A stretch of 64,000 bases of DNA from an uncultured Candidatus Saccharibacteria bacterium (GCA_964552045.1 CAZKFF010000001.1:120-64119), one strand, 5' to 3'. Positions 27,332-36,745 are shown, counted from the first letter of the stretch. A program made the numbers and translations. The notes: generated from the sequence alone by a model not told the origin.

Positions 27332-27646
27332 ATGCCTGCACCCAACACAGTCCATATATCCGACGGACCGGGCAAGTTCGAATTGCTCGTTTCTCTCTTC
27401 GAGGGCAACAAGGTCCCGCGCACCAAGGTGCGATTCAAGATCTCCAATGGCCGCATCAGTGACCGGGATACCGAGAATCTTGATGTGGCTATCACGATGG
27501 TCGCGCAGGAAGACGGGTCGGGAGACTCGTGGCTCTTCGAGGGTTACACGCGCGATTCACCGCGCGGCAAGGTCCATGGCCTCTACTCGACCAGAAGCCG
27601 TTCCGGCTGGTATGCCCGCGGTGCTTCATATCTGCAAATGCAGTAA
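27332..27646 (+). CDS. hypothetical protein
   Basis: GAGGA ribosome-binding site 8 nt before the ATG at 27332. The track ORF runs upstream through a terminator, so the longer start is rejected. Followed by a terminator. Confidence 0.45.
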   Translation: MPAPNTVHISDGPGKFELLVSLFEGNKVPRTKVRFKISNGRISDRDTENLDVAITMVAQEDGSGDSWLFEGYTRDSPRGKVHGLYSTRSRSGWYARGASYLQMQ

Positions 27647-27650
27647 ATCA

Positions 27651-27690
27651 GCATGACCTTTTGACCCCGGAGGTATCAACCTCCGGGGTC
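27651..27690 (+). terminator. rho-independent terminator (gaccccggaggt-atcaa-cctccggggtc, then atatttatt)
   Basis: 12-bp perfect stem followed by a T-rich tail. Confidence 0.65.
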
Positions 27691-27694
27691 ATAT

Positions 27695-28684
27695 TTATTG
27701 TTCTGCCATGTAGAGTCCGAGATGCCCCATAGCACCGCGCAATGGATCAGAGGTCATATTTTCATACAGCGCTTCGGTTGAGATCACATCGCCGGGCTTT
27801 AACTCTATATTCCGAACTCCATGCGGCGTATCAAAGCGATATGCGTCATCTGCTGAACGTTTCGTTTCAAAAACCTCAATGACCTCTCCGTTCTTCTTGA
27901 CCGTAAGCGACTTCCCTCCTTCCCAGCCGTGCAGGTGTGCACCCCAGTAGACGATGCGCGAGGGCTCTTCTACACGCAGACGCGAAGCGTCGTTCGCTTC
28001 AGTGGTACCCCCGAATATATACGACTCTGTGTGCGGAGGAACAGTAAATGTGTGCGACAGCTCTCTACAGGGAGTATCAGACAGTCGCAACAGATGATAC
28101 GAGAGCGGTTTCAATGCCGACGTGTCCCCTTCTGCTTGAAGCAGATCGAACTGCAGTGAGACATCCGTATACGTCTCACCCGGACCAAGCGGCGGCTGCG
28201 GATTATGGAACATCGCATCGAGCAGAAGCGGAGTGCCTTTTGGGATAAATACACCAAATCCATCGGGGAAATGTGATTCAGGACTATGCTGCTGGTCTTG
28301 AGACACAGAGACCAGCGGACGAGGGCTCTCTTCGGGACACTCCTGATCACGCTCATCAAGCCTGAATATCGTCCCGTGATGAAGCGTGAGCGCAGGAGCG
28401 CCGTGTACCTCATAGCGCATCCCCACTACCCACATATCGTGCGGAGCGCGGTATTCGCCCGAGCGTACATTGACATGATGGCCGTCGTCGCTGATAGAAT
28501 CCACCCCCACCGTGTGATCATGCGGCGGTAATATCGGGATCGTTTCAGTCTCTAAAGTAAGCACTGCTGCGCTTTGAGCGGTGAAAACCTGTAGCCCAAC
28601 AAAGGCAGCGGCTGCGGTACATAGGAGGGACGCAATTACGAACGAGCGTTTCAAAGCTGAGATGATATATCGGATAACATACAT
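27695..28684 (-). CDS. secreted hypothetical protein
   Basis: Start moved to MYVIRYIISALKRSFVIASLLCTAAAAF (signal peptide). The longer track ORF would overlap the upstream gene and its terminator. Confidence 0.5.
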   Translation of the reverse strand: MYVIRYIISALKRSFVIASLLCTAAAAFVGLQVFTAQSAAVLTLETETIPILPPHDHTVGVDSISDDGHHVNVRSGEYRAPHDMWVVGMRYEVHGAPALTLHHGTIFRLDERDQECPEESPRPLVSVSQDQQHSPESHFPDGFGVFIPKGTPLLLDAMFHNPQPPLGPGETYTDVSLQFDLLQAEGDTSALKPLSYHLLRLSDTPCRELSHTFTVPPHTESYIFGGTTEANDASRLRVEEPSRIVYWGAHLHGWEGGKSLTVKKNGEVIEVFETKRSADDAYRFDTPHGVRNIELKPGDVISTEALYENMTSDPLRGAMGHLGLYMAEQ

Positions 28685-28756
28685 GATATGAAAAGTATAG
28701 CAGAGCTCTCTGGACGCCCGGTGCTTGTGGCGCTGTGCCAAGATAAAAAAATAAGG

Positions 28757-28785
28757 CCCGCAGACAATGTTGTCTGCGGGCCTAA
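28757..28785 (-). terminator. rho-independent terminator (ggcccgcagacaa-tg-ttgtctgcgggcc) with a T-run on the minus strand
   Basis: 13-bp perfect stem. The minus-strand reading continues with tttttttatctt. Confidence 0.7.
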
Positions 28786-28794
28786 GGATCGGTC

Positions 28795-29289
28795 TTAGGA
28801 CTGCATCGTGCCGAAGGGATAGCTGCCCAGAACTTTCTGGTTCTTCTTCGCGTCGCGTTGGAGGAGAACAAGGCTCTGTGCACGGTGCTGTGCACCGGGT
28901 CCGAAAGTTCTTCCGTTCACCGTTGATACATGCGGACGGAAGCCGGCCCCTGTCCACTTCAGGTTCTTCACGGCGCCACCCTTCTCGACAATGCTGCACA
29001 ATAGCCGCGTATGCAGCAGATCGAGTACGCTGTCGCGCACAAGCACATGAACCGGCACATCATTTTCCGGACCGAACAGTGCGGGATCGCCGGAGGCGAG
29101 TGCGATATAGCCCTCGCACACAGCCGCCGCAAGCGACGCGAGTTCATCTGCAAGAGAGTCCGGATCGGCTTTTTCTCCCAACGTGAACCACTGCATGAGC
29201 GTGCAGTGGAGCGGCAGCGACTCGTTTGGCCCATACGCTGAGCCGGCGAGCATGTCTTCTATCGGCAAAACAACAAGATATTCATGCAT
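28795..29289 (-). CDS. 2H phosphoesterase superfamily protein (LigT / 2'-5' RNA ligase-like)
   Basis: Two H-x-T/S-x motifs at the expected spacing (LHCTLM and PHVSTV). Confidence 0.55.
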   Translation of the reverse strand: MHEYLVVLPIEDMLAGSAYGPNESLPLHCTLMQWFTLGEKADPDSLADELASLAAAVCEGYIALASGDPALFGPENDVPVHVLVRDSVLDLLHTRLLCSIVEKGGAVKNLKWTGAGFRPHVSTVNGRTFGPGAQHRAQSLVLLQRDAKKNQKVLGSYPFGTMQS

Positions 29290-29374
29290 CGGAAGTCTCC
29301 CAAGGAATCAAGGAACTGCCGCCACACTACAACAGGAATGTTCAAAAGTCTACGATCAAATAAATCCTTCAGAA

Positions 29375-29719
29375 TCAGTCAATTCGCAACCACTCTCCAT
29401 TATGGTACTTAGCGACCGAATGACCGCCCACAGGAATGCCGTCACTGCCGAAGAAAGTCACATGCACCGCTGTTTCCATGCTTCTGTTCTCAGGATAGCT
29501 GCCTTCCCTTCCATAGGAATATTCAGTTGTTCCTCCATCACTGTCCTGTTCTTTCAGTCTGATCTCCCACAGGTATACCCCTTTCTCATCTTCTTTCTTC
29601 CGTATCTCTTCGTATTCTTTCCCTTCAACAAGTTCCTCAAACACCGCGGCAATTTCATCCTCTGAAGGAACTTTCTCGGACGCGTTTTCAAATGTTGGCG
29701 GTTTTTCTATCATAGTCAC
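29375..29719 (-). CDS. acidic hypothetical protein
   Basis: 114-aa ORF, Glu-rich. Confidence 0.4.
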   Translation of the reverse strand: MTMIEKPPTFENASEKVPSEDEIAAVFEELVEGKEYEEIRKKEDEKGVYLWEIRLKEQDSDGGTTEYSYGREGSYPENRSMETAVHVTFFGSDGIPVGGHSVAKYHNGEWLRID

Positions 29720-29838
29720 AGTCTACCATTGTGTGATGCAACGTCATGGTCAGGATGTAACATAGCAAGCATTTATTGACTTTTATTATTTTCATGCTAT
29801 TATATAAACACACTATTTACCCATCACAGGAGGCTATA

Positions 29839-30234
29839 GTGCCTGATCTTCGCATTGAACTTTCCAAGGAAACCGTGGCGATCATCGCCAAGAAGACGGG
29901 CAAGGATACCGCAGGTGTCATGGCATTGCTCATCGACTCTGCGGTCGAGTCGGCTTTCGCGTCTGTCGGCAAGGAGCTCGACCTCAAACAAAGCGACTTC
30001 TGGGCTCGTACGAACGAGTGCCACTCGGACGTCACCGTGGTGTTCGTCGACGTGACCATGCTCATGAAGCCGAACCGGACCCCCACGGTGCGCAAGAAAC
30101 TCGCCGAAGGGATCAAGCTCGGCCTCAGCCAGCTTCTGCGGTTTGGGGGCAACAATACGAGCGGCATCAATGTCCTCGTCTGGATCAGCATGAAGGATCC
30201 CGACGCCGACTACGCCGAGACCAATCCCGACTGA
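29839..30234 (+). CDS. hypothetical protein
   Basis: AGGAGG ribosome-binding site 7 nt upstream of a GTG at 29839; the track ATG further upstream has no RBS. Internal duplication, possibly a tautomerase-like fold, but not supported. Confidence 0.4.
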   Translation: MPDLRIELSKETVAIIAKKTGKDTAGVMALLIDSAVESAFASVGKELDLKQSDFWARTNECHSDVTVVFVDVTMLMKPNRTPTVRKKLAEGIKLGLSQLLRFGGNNTSGINVLVWISMKDPDADYAETNPD

Positions 30235-30597
30235 GGCTTTTATGCCTCAGGGTGTGGCAACAATTCAAAGGCTTGGAGATCTGCAAGGATCCCGAGCCTT
30301 TTATTCTTATATGAGTTCAAAACGAATGATCTTCACTGGCGTATCAGCCCTTACCCTGTCTCCATAGTACTGCCGGTAATGTGCATACATATCTTCTTCG
30401 CTCTCGTACTTCTCATGGCCGTCAAAATCTTCAGTCGTCACCTCCCCCATTTTCTTTTCCCGTACTGACACGAGCTTCGCCTGTACGAATTTCTCTCCCG
30501 TATCCCAGTTGATCAGATCAACTTCATCACCCTCCTTTTCTAGCTCTCACTTCAAAGAGGACTCAAACCAACTCAAATTATGCTAATGTTGCTCAAT

Positions 30598-31410
30598 ATG
30601 AAGCCATATATTGTGCTTGATAAACGAGTCGGCGAGACACCCCTCTCTTGTTTGGAGGACTACAGAGCTGCGCATTCAGAGTTTGCAGATGTTCCCATGG
30701 CATATGCAGGCAGGCTTGACCCGATGGCATCGGGGAAGCTTTTGATATTGCTCGGAGAAGAGTGTAAGGTGCAGGAAAAATACCACAATCTCGACAAGGA
30801 ATATGAATTTGAGATTCTGTTCGGCGTCAGTTCTGACTCAGGCGATGTGCTCGGGCTGTTGGAGCACAGCAGCAAAAGCATTGTCGCTCGTGCAGACATC
30901 ATCAGTGTCCTGCGTGAGCTTGAAGGAGAGGTTGAACTGCCCTATCCGCACTTCTCTGCAAAGACGGTAAAAGGAAAGCCCCTCCACACCTGGAAAGTTG
31001 AAGGCCGCATCAATGAGGTAACTATCCCCACAAAGCATTCGCACATATATAAGCTCGAACTTCGGGATATACAGACCAAAACCACACAGGAAGTGTATGA
31101 CTACTCCACACAAAAAATCGAAACTATCCCGAAGGTGACCGATACCCGCAAGGCATTAGGCAATGACTTCCGCCGTGCTGAAGTGCGCGACTCCTGGAAG
31201 CAATTCCTGATGCATGCACAGTCAGATCAGCAGTTCACCGTAGCGAAGCTTCGCTGCGTCTGTTCTTCCGGCACCTATATGCGCACACTTGCAGGAGTGA
31301 TCGCAAAAACGCTCGGCACCACGGGCCTCGCATATTCCATACACCGGACGCAGATAGGCGTCTACACAAAACTCCCCTTTAACTGGGGTGTGTGGCGCAC
31401 AAAATACTAA
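30598..31410 (+). CDS. truB: tRNA pseudouridine synthase, TruB family
   Basis: GRLDPMASGKLLILLGE matches the catalytic-Asp motif of TruB (GTLDPLATGVL). Start taken at MKPYIVLDKRV. Confidence 0.65.
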   Translation: MKPYIVLDKRVGETPLSCLEDYRAAHSEFADVPMAYAGRLDPMASGKLLILLGEECKVQEKYHNLDKEYEFEILFGVSSDSGDVLGLLEHSSKSIVARADIISVLRELEGEVELPYPHFSAKTVKGKPLHTWKVEGRINEVTIPTKHSHIYKLELRDIQTKTTQEVYDYSTQKIETIPKVTDTRKALGNDFRRAEVRDSWKQFLMHAQSDQQFTVAKLRCVCSSGTYMRTLAGVIAKTLGTTGLAYSIHRTQIGVYTKLPFNWGVWRTKY

Positions 31411-31420
31411 GCGTCAGACC

Positions 31421-33403
31421 TCAATGCTTTCCGAGGCTCTGCAGTTGCTTGTACTTGCTGATATAGTCGTCAACGGTGACCACCAGCTCTGCATGGCTCC
31501 AGATAAGCGGCGCCGTTGAGAGATGCTCACCCGTGTGCGGATGTATCTGCTCGGGAAGCACTCCTCCCTTGGTTGCGTGCGCGCAGGTCCACTGCAGTAT
31601 CTCGTACGGGCGCTTGAGGTCGCTCAATTTCTTTGCAGTAAGGATATGGTATTGTGCCACCCATAGGGTGGTGATCACCCATGGATTAGGGCTCCCCGCA
31701 TCCTGCATCGTATAGTAATTGTCCCGTTCATATCGCACGTAGCCTTCGCTCTGCGCGTGCACGCGGAGTTTCTCTTCCACGGTCTTGAATGCGTCCTTGA
31801 TGCGTGGGTCATCAGCATCCACTACCCCGAAATACAGCGGGCCAAAGAAACTGCTGAGGTCAACGGTCATGTCGTATGTCGGATCTTCGGACTCCGATGC
31901 GTGTATGTGCTTGATGAACATCTTAATATCGCTACTGTAGAGGTGCTCAAGGATCGCGCTCTGCATGCGCTGCGCAACTGCGCTGTATGTGCGAGCCGAT
32001 TCGTCCTTCCCGAGCAGATTTGCGAAATGCGCGGCAGCGACCAGACCCCCGTAAACGCATGAAGCGGTGTAGGTGGAGATGCCAAATTTCTCTTCCCAGA
32101 GATCGTAGGAATTCCGCGGCAGGCCATACTCTGCCTCAATGAATTCGCACAGGAAATCGGCAGCCTTTTCAATGAACGGATTGTAGAGCGATTCGATGAA
32201 TTCGATATTTTTGGTGAGCTCATAGTGGCGCCAGAGCATATAGAGCGGCAATGCGGTCTCATCCTCCTGGATTGGCAGCTGCGGGACGCCATTGTGCATC
32301 CACGGGTGCCATGAACTGCCAAGGGTGCCGTCGGCGCGGTATTTGTGCATGAGATATCCGTCACGCTCAAGGCGGTCGCAGACAAAGGTGAAGAAGCGCG
32401 CGGTGACGTCGGTGTACCCCATACGGTCGAGCGCGTGTGCAACAAAAGCACCGTCACGCGGCCACACGTAGCTGTACGTATCGCGTCCATGATGAAGCAT
32501 ATCCGTATCGCTCGACGCAATAATCGCTCCGCGGTTGTCAGTATGCACCCGGATGGTGGTAAGCGATCGCTTGAAGAGCGTCTGCAGTTCCGGGGACAAA
32601 AGCGACAAATCACGATCCTCCTTATCAACCCATGCCTTCCAGTAATTCTTTGTTGAAAGAAGCAGCTGATCGGGAGACTCCTCAAGCACTTGCGTATTGA
32701 GGTCGTGTACGTCAGCGATGGTCTGTCCGCACACGATCCAGTAATCAATCTCGGTATGCGAAAGCGCGTCCATCTCGCAGGTGATGCCGATGACAGAATC
32801 AACCGAGCCGTGTTCAATCGGATTTTTCTCCAGGATGCCGTCCTGAGCATCGTGGAACGTGCCATCCTTTCCTTCTATACCGAACAGGCCGATGTTGTAG
32901 TCAGTGAACTGCTTCCCTTCATGGAATGCATTGACGAGGAAGCTACAGTGGCCTTTGTAGTGCACTAAGGCCCGGACGCGCGGATCATAAAAACCCGTAT
33001 CTCCCCTGCGCGATTCGGAGATACGGAACTGCTGGGAGAAGAAGACCTTTATCTCCCGCTTCTCATCACGCTCATTGCCAAGTGTGAACGACCGTATGAA
33101 GACATCCTTTTCGTTATGGACCGCGTCGGCGCTTGAAAGCGTCACGCCGATGGTGTTATTGACCGCATGCAGGCTGCCCACCACCGTCTCCGCGTCCGAA
33201 CCGACAACGATCTCCCATGACGGATCATCAAGCCAGAAAAGTGCTCCGTCAACATAGACACCGATACGATGCACAAAGTTTCCTGACGCGCCGCTCACAT
33301 GATTGCTGTGCCCGACAAACGGGAAATAGAAATCACGCACCTGGCCGCGGTAATCGAGGCCGACAAGCATGTTTCCATTTCCTAACGTGACAGCGCGGGC
33401 CAT
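31421..33403 (-). CDS. glycoside hydrolase family 15 protein (glucoamylase/glucodextranase-like)
   Basis: From memory, a 660-aa GH15-like architecture with conserved YSYVWPRDGAFVAHAL and IRVHTDNRGAIIASSDTD segments. Confidence 0.7.
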   Translation of the reverse strand: MARAVTLGNGNMLVGLDYRGQVRDFYFPFVGHSNHVSGASGNFVHRIGVYVDGALFWLDDPSWEIVVGSDAETVVGSLHAVNNTIGVTLSSADAVHNEKDVFIRSFTLGNERDEKREIKVFFSQQFRISESRRGDTGFYDPRVRALVHYKGHCSFLVNAFHEGKQFTDYNIGLFGIEGKDGTFHDAQDGILEKNPIEHGSVDSVIGITCEMDALSHTEIDYWIVCGQTIADVHDLNTQVLEESPDQLLLSTKNYWKAWVDKEDRDLSLLSPELQTLFKRSLTTIRVHTDNRGAIIASSDTDMLHHGRDTYSYVWPRDGAFVAHALDRMGYTDVTARFFTFVCDRLERDGYLMHKYRADGTLGSSWHPWMHNGVPQLPIQEDETALPLYMLWRHYELTKNIEFIESLYNPFIEKAADFLCEFIEAEYGLPRNSYDLWEEKFGISTYTASCVYGGLVAAAHFANLLGKDESARTYSAVAQRMQSAILEHLYSSDIKMFIKHIHASESEDPTYDMTVDLSSFFGPLYFGVVDADDPRIKDAFKTVEEKLRVHAQSEGYVRYERDNYYTMQDAGSPNPWVITTLWVAQYHILTAKKLSDLKRPYEILQWTCAHATKGGVLPEQIHPHTGEHLSTAPLIWSHAELVVTVDDYISKYKQLQSLGKH

Positions 33404-33406
33404 GGA

Positions 33407-33814
33407 CTATGACACAATATAGTTACGCAAGTGCATCTCAACGATCTTCTGGGCACGCTCTTTCTTCTTCGCGGTGCGCAGCGCCTGCGCGCAGTGTGCA
33501 TCGCCCAGCACATGTTCGACCCAATCCGCAAAATCGTTCTTCTCTTTCGTGACATGATGGAGGAATATCTCGTCATCCATCGAACCGAACGCGAGCTGTA
33601 AATCCGCGAGATTGCGGAGGATCTGTCCGTCGCGCGACCAGAAACACTCCCCATCAATGGCGCACACCATCGCACGAAACTCACTCTTCTTTGATGGAGT
33701 TTTTGTTGCCGGGGCTTTCCGTTCGGAAGTCCGTTTCGAGGTTGCTTTCTTAGCGGCGATCTTTTTTGCCGCTTTTTTTGGTTTGGTCTTGATTGAAGAC
33801 GTAGGCATAGGCAT
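33407..33814 (-). CDS. hypothetical protein with a Lys/Ala-rich histone-H1-like N-terminal tail
   Basis: N-terminus KPKKAAKKIAAKKATSKRTSERKAPATKTPSKK, then a conserved-looking C-terminal domain. Confidence 0.45.
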   Translation of the reverse strand: MPMPTSSIKTKPKKAAKKIAAKKATSKRTSERKAPATKTPSKKSEFRAMVCAIDGECFWSRDGQILRNLADLQLAFGSMDDEIFLHHVTKEKNDFADWVEHVLGDAHCAQALRTAKKKERAQKIVEMHLRNYIVS

Positions 33815-35159
33815 TGCTTAGTTTATGCGAATAAATGGCCAATACAGAGGCGACAAAATCAACCGTCTTGCCAAACCAATCTTTCAGCTGGTCTGCAAAC
33901 GTCTGTTCATATACCTCCTCCACAACACGTTCCCTCTGTACCTCAGTGAGTCGCTTCGCTTCTACTGCATGTTGTACCCTTAATTGTAAATCACACAGCG
34001 CGTTCATGAAAGCAATATATGCATCATATGGGGATTGGTACGGAGAGAAGTATGCGTGCACATCTCCGTCGTTGGACCACTTCGTGCACATATAATAGAA
34101 ATGATCGGAGGTCTGCAGCTTGCGCCACGTCTCAATGAGTTCCTTGTCTTCCGTATAGAGCACGTCTTTCTCAAGCGCATAGATGGCACGTATCGCATCC
34201 TTCTGAATATCGTTGCCGGTCCATGCAGTGAGGTCGCGGTCGGTGTCGGCCCAGGTGAGTATGTTCGGCACATCTATCTCTCCGACTGCATCGTAGGTTG
34301 CGATGGTCTCAGACGGGGTCATGAAGGATGTGTCCGGATGACGCGTCAGAAGCGCAGGCAGTGCTTTCATAAAATTGAAGATGCCAGTGTCCTCCCACTG
34401 ATGCTCGCCGAAGGTCTCATAATCCATGAAGAGATTAATGGTGTTCCCGTCTCCATGATGCGCATGGATCCACTGCGCATAGGTTTCAGCCGAGAGCGGA
34501 TAGCTTGCCCACTGCTTATTGCCGAAACGGAACGCAACATCGTCCGAGAGTTTGTAATTCTTCAGGAGCACTTTGATCCTGCTGCATCCGACCGGTTTGT
34601 ACACATAGTTCGGGCTCCGCCATCCCAGAACCGGATCCCACCCTTCGGCCATGATGCCGAGGTAGCCATGATCATCGCACCATTGCGCAAGGTCGTTGCG
34701 GTACGACAGTTCTGTGTTGCGGAACACCCGCGGGGTATAGCCGAACAGCTCATGGACGCGCTTCGCGTGCTGCGCGACCTGCCGCTCGAACTCCGGCACC
34801 GAGTAGAAGAACGCAAGCGAGTGATGATAGGTGTCAGCGAGGATCTCGACGCGTCCGGTCGCCACCAGTTCTTGGAAGCTTTCGAGGACATCGGGCGCAT
34901 ATGCTTCGAACTGATCAAGCACAGTCCCTGAGAATGACAAAGCAAACCGGAACTGGTCATGCTCTCCCAAGAGCTGTTTCAGCACGCGGTTCATCGGGCG
35001 GTACGATTTTTCTGCGACCTTCTCCACGATCTTCCTGTTATTGAGATCGCTCTCGCTCCCGTCGTTGAAGTACTGATTATCATTGCCAATATCGAATACC
35101 CGATAGCGCTTGACGCGATATGGCTGGTGCACATGAAAATACGGACAGACAGTAAGCAT
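33750..35159 (-). CDS. glycoside hydrolase family 57 protein (alpha-amylase / branching-enzyme-like)
   Basis: N-terminal MLTVCPYFHVHQPYR is the GH57 signature. Start moved to Met-23 of the track ORF. Confidence 0.75.
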   Translation of the reverse strand: MLTVCPYFHVHQPYRVKRYRVFDIGNDNQYFNDGSESDLNNRKIVEKVAEKSYRPMNRVLKQLLGEHDQFRFALSFSGTVLDQFEAYAPDVLESFQELVATGRVEILADTYHHSLAFFYSVPEFERQVAQHAKRVHELFGYTPRVFRNTELSYRNDLAQWCDDHGYLGIMAEGWDPVLGWRSPNYVYKPVGCSRIKVLLKNYKLSDDVAFRFGNKQWASYPLSAETYAQWIHAHHGDGNTINLFMDYETFGEHQWEDTGIFNFMKALPALLTRHPDTSFMTPSETIATYDAVGEIDVPNILTWADTDRDLTAWTGNDIQKDAIRAIYALEKDVLYTEDKELIETWRKLQTSDHFYYMCTKWSNDGDVHAYFSPYQSPYDAYIAFMNALCDLQLRVQHAVEAKRLTEVQRERVVEEVYEQTFADQLKDWFGKTVDFVASVLAIYSHKLSNAYAYVFNQDQTKKSGKKDRR

Positions 35160-35161
35160 GG

Positions 35162-36373
35162 CTATGTAAGCAATTCTACCAAACGCCGGTACAAAGAGAT
35201 AACCTTTGACGCAGCATGTTCCCACGAAAGCTTCTTGATCTCGTGTTTTCCTTCGCGCACCAGCTGATCCTTCATGACCGGATACCGGAGCGAGGCAAGT
35301 ATCTTGTTTGCCATTTCCTCGACGTCCCAGAAATCGACCTTGAGCACATGGGATACGACCTCAGAGACTCCTGACTGTTTGGAGATAAGCGACGGCGCGC
35401 CGTGCTGGATCGCTTCAAGCGGCACAAGTCCGAACGGTTCGGATACCGACGGCATGACTACGAGATCGACGCTCTGATACATCCGGTCGCGCTCCTCGTA
35501 CCACAACGCTCCAGCGAAGATGACGTTGTCTGACAGCCCCAAAGCGCCCACCTTATGCATGATCTGCGCGGTCATGTCTCCCTTGCCTGAAATGACGAAC
35601 ACCACATTTGGGTCGGCATCCACAACCTTGCGAGCCGCCTCAACGAAATAGTCCACTCCCTTCTGGATAGTGATGCGCCCATGGTAGAGCACGATCTTCT
35701 TGCCCTGCGCTTTCAGTTCCTGCAGTGCCGGTTCGTGGCGGAGCGGCTCATTGACATCGCAGCCATTGTGCACGACCTCTACCTTCTGCGGATCGGCATC
35801 GTGCTTCTCAATGATGATATTCCTGGTGAAGTTGCTCACCGTCACAATGCAGTCAGCAAGGGCAAACGCCTCTTTTTCGATCTTGAAAACCTCAGGATCG
35901 ATATTGTCGCTTGCTGCCTGGTCGAATGCGGTTGCATGGACGTGGAGCACGAGCGGTTTGCCGGTTGCTTTCTTCGCCGCGACTCCCGCAAGATACGCCG
36001 TCCAATCGTGCGCATGGATGATGTCGAACTCCTCTTCGAGCGCTATCTGCGCCGCCTTGTGCGCGAATGCGTGGACCTCCTCAAGGATCGTCCGTGAATA
36101 CAACCTCCGCTTGCCATATTCGTCGTAGACATCGATAAGCGTCTGCGATCCCGCATACGGCACCAAACCGGAAGGAACTTCCCGATACTTGATCATCTTT
36201 TCTACATCAGCGAAGATGAATCTGCCATCGCCATGCACCGGCTGCGAACGCGGCAATACGAAAATGACCTCGATGCCTCCGCGGGCGAGCTCACGAGAAA
36301 GACCCTGGCAGGCTATGCCAAGTCCTCCGGTGGTATGAGGCGGGTAATCCCAGCCAAAAGTAAGGACTTTCAT
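35162..36373 (-). CDS. GT-B glycosyltransferase (group 1, glycogen/alpha-glucan synthase-like)
   Basis: N-terminal GWDYPPHTTGGLGIACQGLSRELARGGIEV and LVLHVHAT. Lies upstream of and adjacent to the GH57 gene. Confidence 0.7.
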   Translation of the reverse strand: MKVLTFGWDYPPHTTGGLGIACQGLSRELARGGIEVIFVLPRSQPVHGDGRFIFADVEKMIKYREVPSGLVPYAGSQTLIDVYDEYGKRRLYSRTILEEVHAFAHKAAQIALEEEFDIIHAHDWTAYLAGVAAKKATGKPLVLHVHATAFDQAASDNIDPEVFKIEKEAFALADCIVTVSNFTRNIIIEKHDADPQKVEVVHNGCDVNEPLRHEPALQELKAQGKKIVLYHGRITIQKGVDYFVEAARKVVDADPNVVFVISGKGDMTAQIMHKVGALGLSDNVIFAGALWYEERDRMYQSVDLVVMPSVSEPFGLVPLEAIQHGAPSLISKQSGVSEVVSHVLKVDFWDVEEMANKILASLRYPVMKDQLVREGKHEIKKLSWEHAASKVISLYRRLVELLT

Positions 36374-36489
36374 GTACGGAAGAAGTACACTGCGGGTGGT
36401 ATGAAATGTACAGAAAGCGCGAGGGAATACTGCAGTGTTACCTCATATTATCACGTTACACTGAGCGGTTTATTGAGTTATATACTGTA

Positions 36490-36518
36490 TTGACGTCGTA
36501 CAATCTCTCTGCTACTAT
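36490..36518 (+). promoter_or_regulatory. sigma70-like promoter (TTGACG-17 nt-TACTAT) about 10 nt upstream of the bL33 start codon
   Basis: Read directly from the sequence: ttgacgtcgtacaatctctctgcTACTATtgccccactATG. Confidence 0.4.
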
Positions 36519-36527
36519 TGCCCCACT

Positions 36528-36707
36528 ATGTCACAAGAACGACTCATACGAATGGTTACCAAGGGCGACGAGAACGGCGTCGGCAAAAACCATGTCTACT
36601 ACACAACCTACAACAACAAGGTCAAGAAAGACCCGAGCAAGAAGTACGAGGCTAAGAAGTACAATCCGGTCGCAAAGAAGCATACCGTGTACACGCAGAA
36701 GAAATAA
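36528..36707 (+). CDS. rpmG: 50S ribosomal protein bL33, non-zinc (C-) form; absent from the ORF track because it is only 59 aa
   Basis: MSQERLIRMVTKGDENGVGKNHVYYTTYNNKVKKDPSKKYEAKKYNPVAKKHTVYTQKK aligns with E. coli L33 ([46 protein letters not shown]). A terminator follows. Confidence 0.7.
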   Translation: MSQERLIRMVTKGDENGVGKNHVYYTTYNNKVKKDPSKKYEAKKYNPVAKKHTVYTQKK

Positions 36708-36708
36708 A

Positions 36709-36745
36709 GAAAAAGATCGCCTACAGGCGATCTTTTTCTTTATTC
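36709..36745. terminator. bidirectional terminator hairpin (aagatcgcc-tacag-ggcgatctt, then T-run)
   Basis: 9-bp stem. Serves both the + strand gene ending at 36707 and the convergent gene ending at 36740. Confidence 0.6.

Noticed and set aside
27062-27646. 194-aa ORF as a single gene
   Set aside because: It reads through a perfect 13-bp palindrome plus T-run terminator and a separate promoter-like region. Split into a possible micropeptide and a 104-aa gene with its own RBS.
27695-28999. 434-aa version of the secreted protein ORF
   Set aside because: The N-terminal 105 codons overlap the upstream LigT-like gene and its terminator and are Arg/Cys/Pro-rich. The signal-peptide Met at residue 106 is the sensible start.
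31867-32865. 332-aa minus-frame ORF inside the GH15 gene, and similar long alternative-frame ORFs (34035..34931 +, 18702..19259 -, 55904..56533 +, 36859..37377 -, 59857..60420 +)
   Set aside because: Arg/Ser/Cys-rich low-complexity translations lying in or on the opposite strand of clearly identified conserved genes (GH15, GH57, HK, rpoC, fba, rpoB). These are shadow ORFs.
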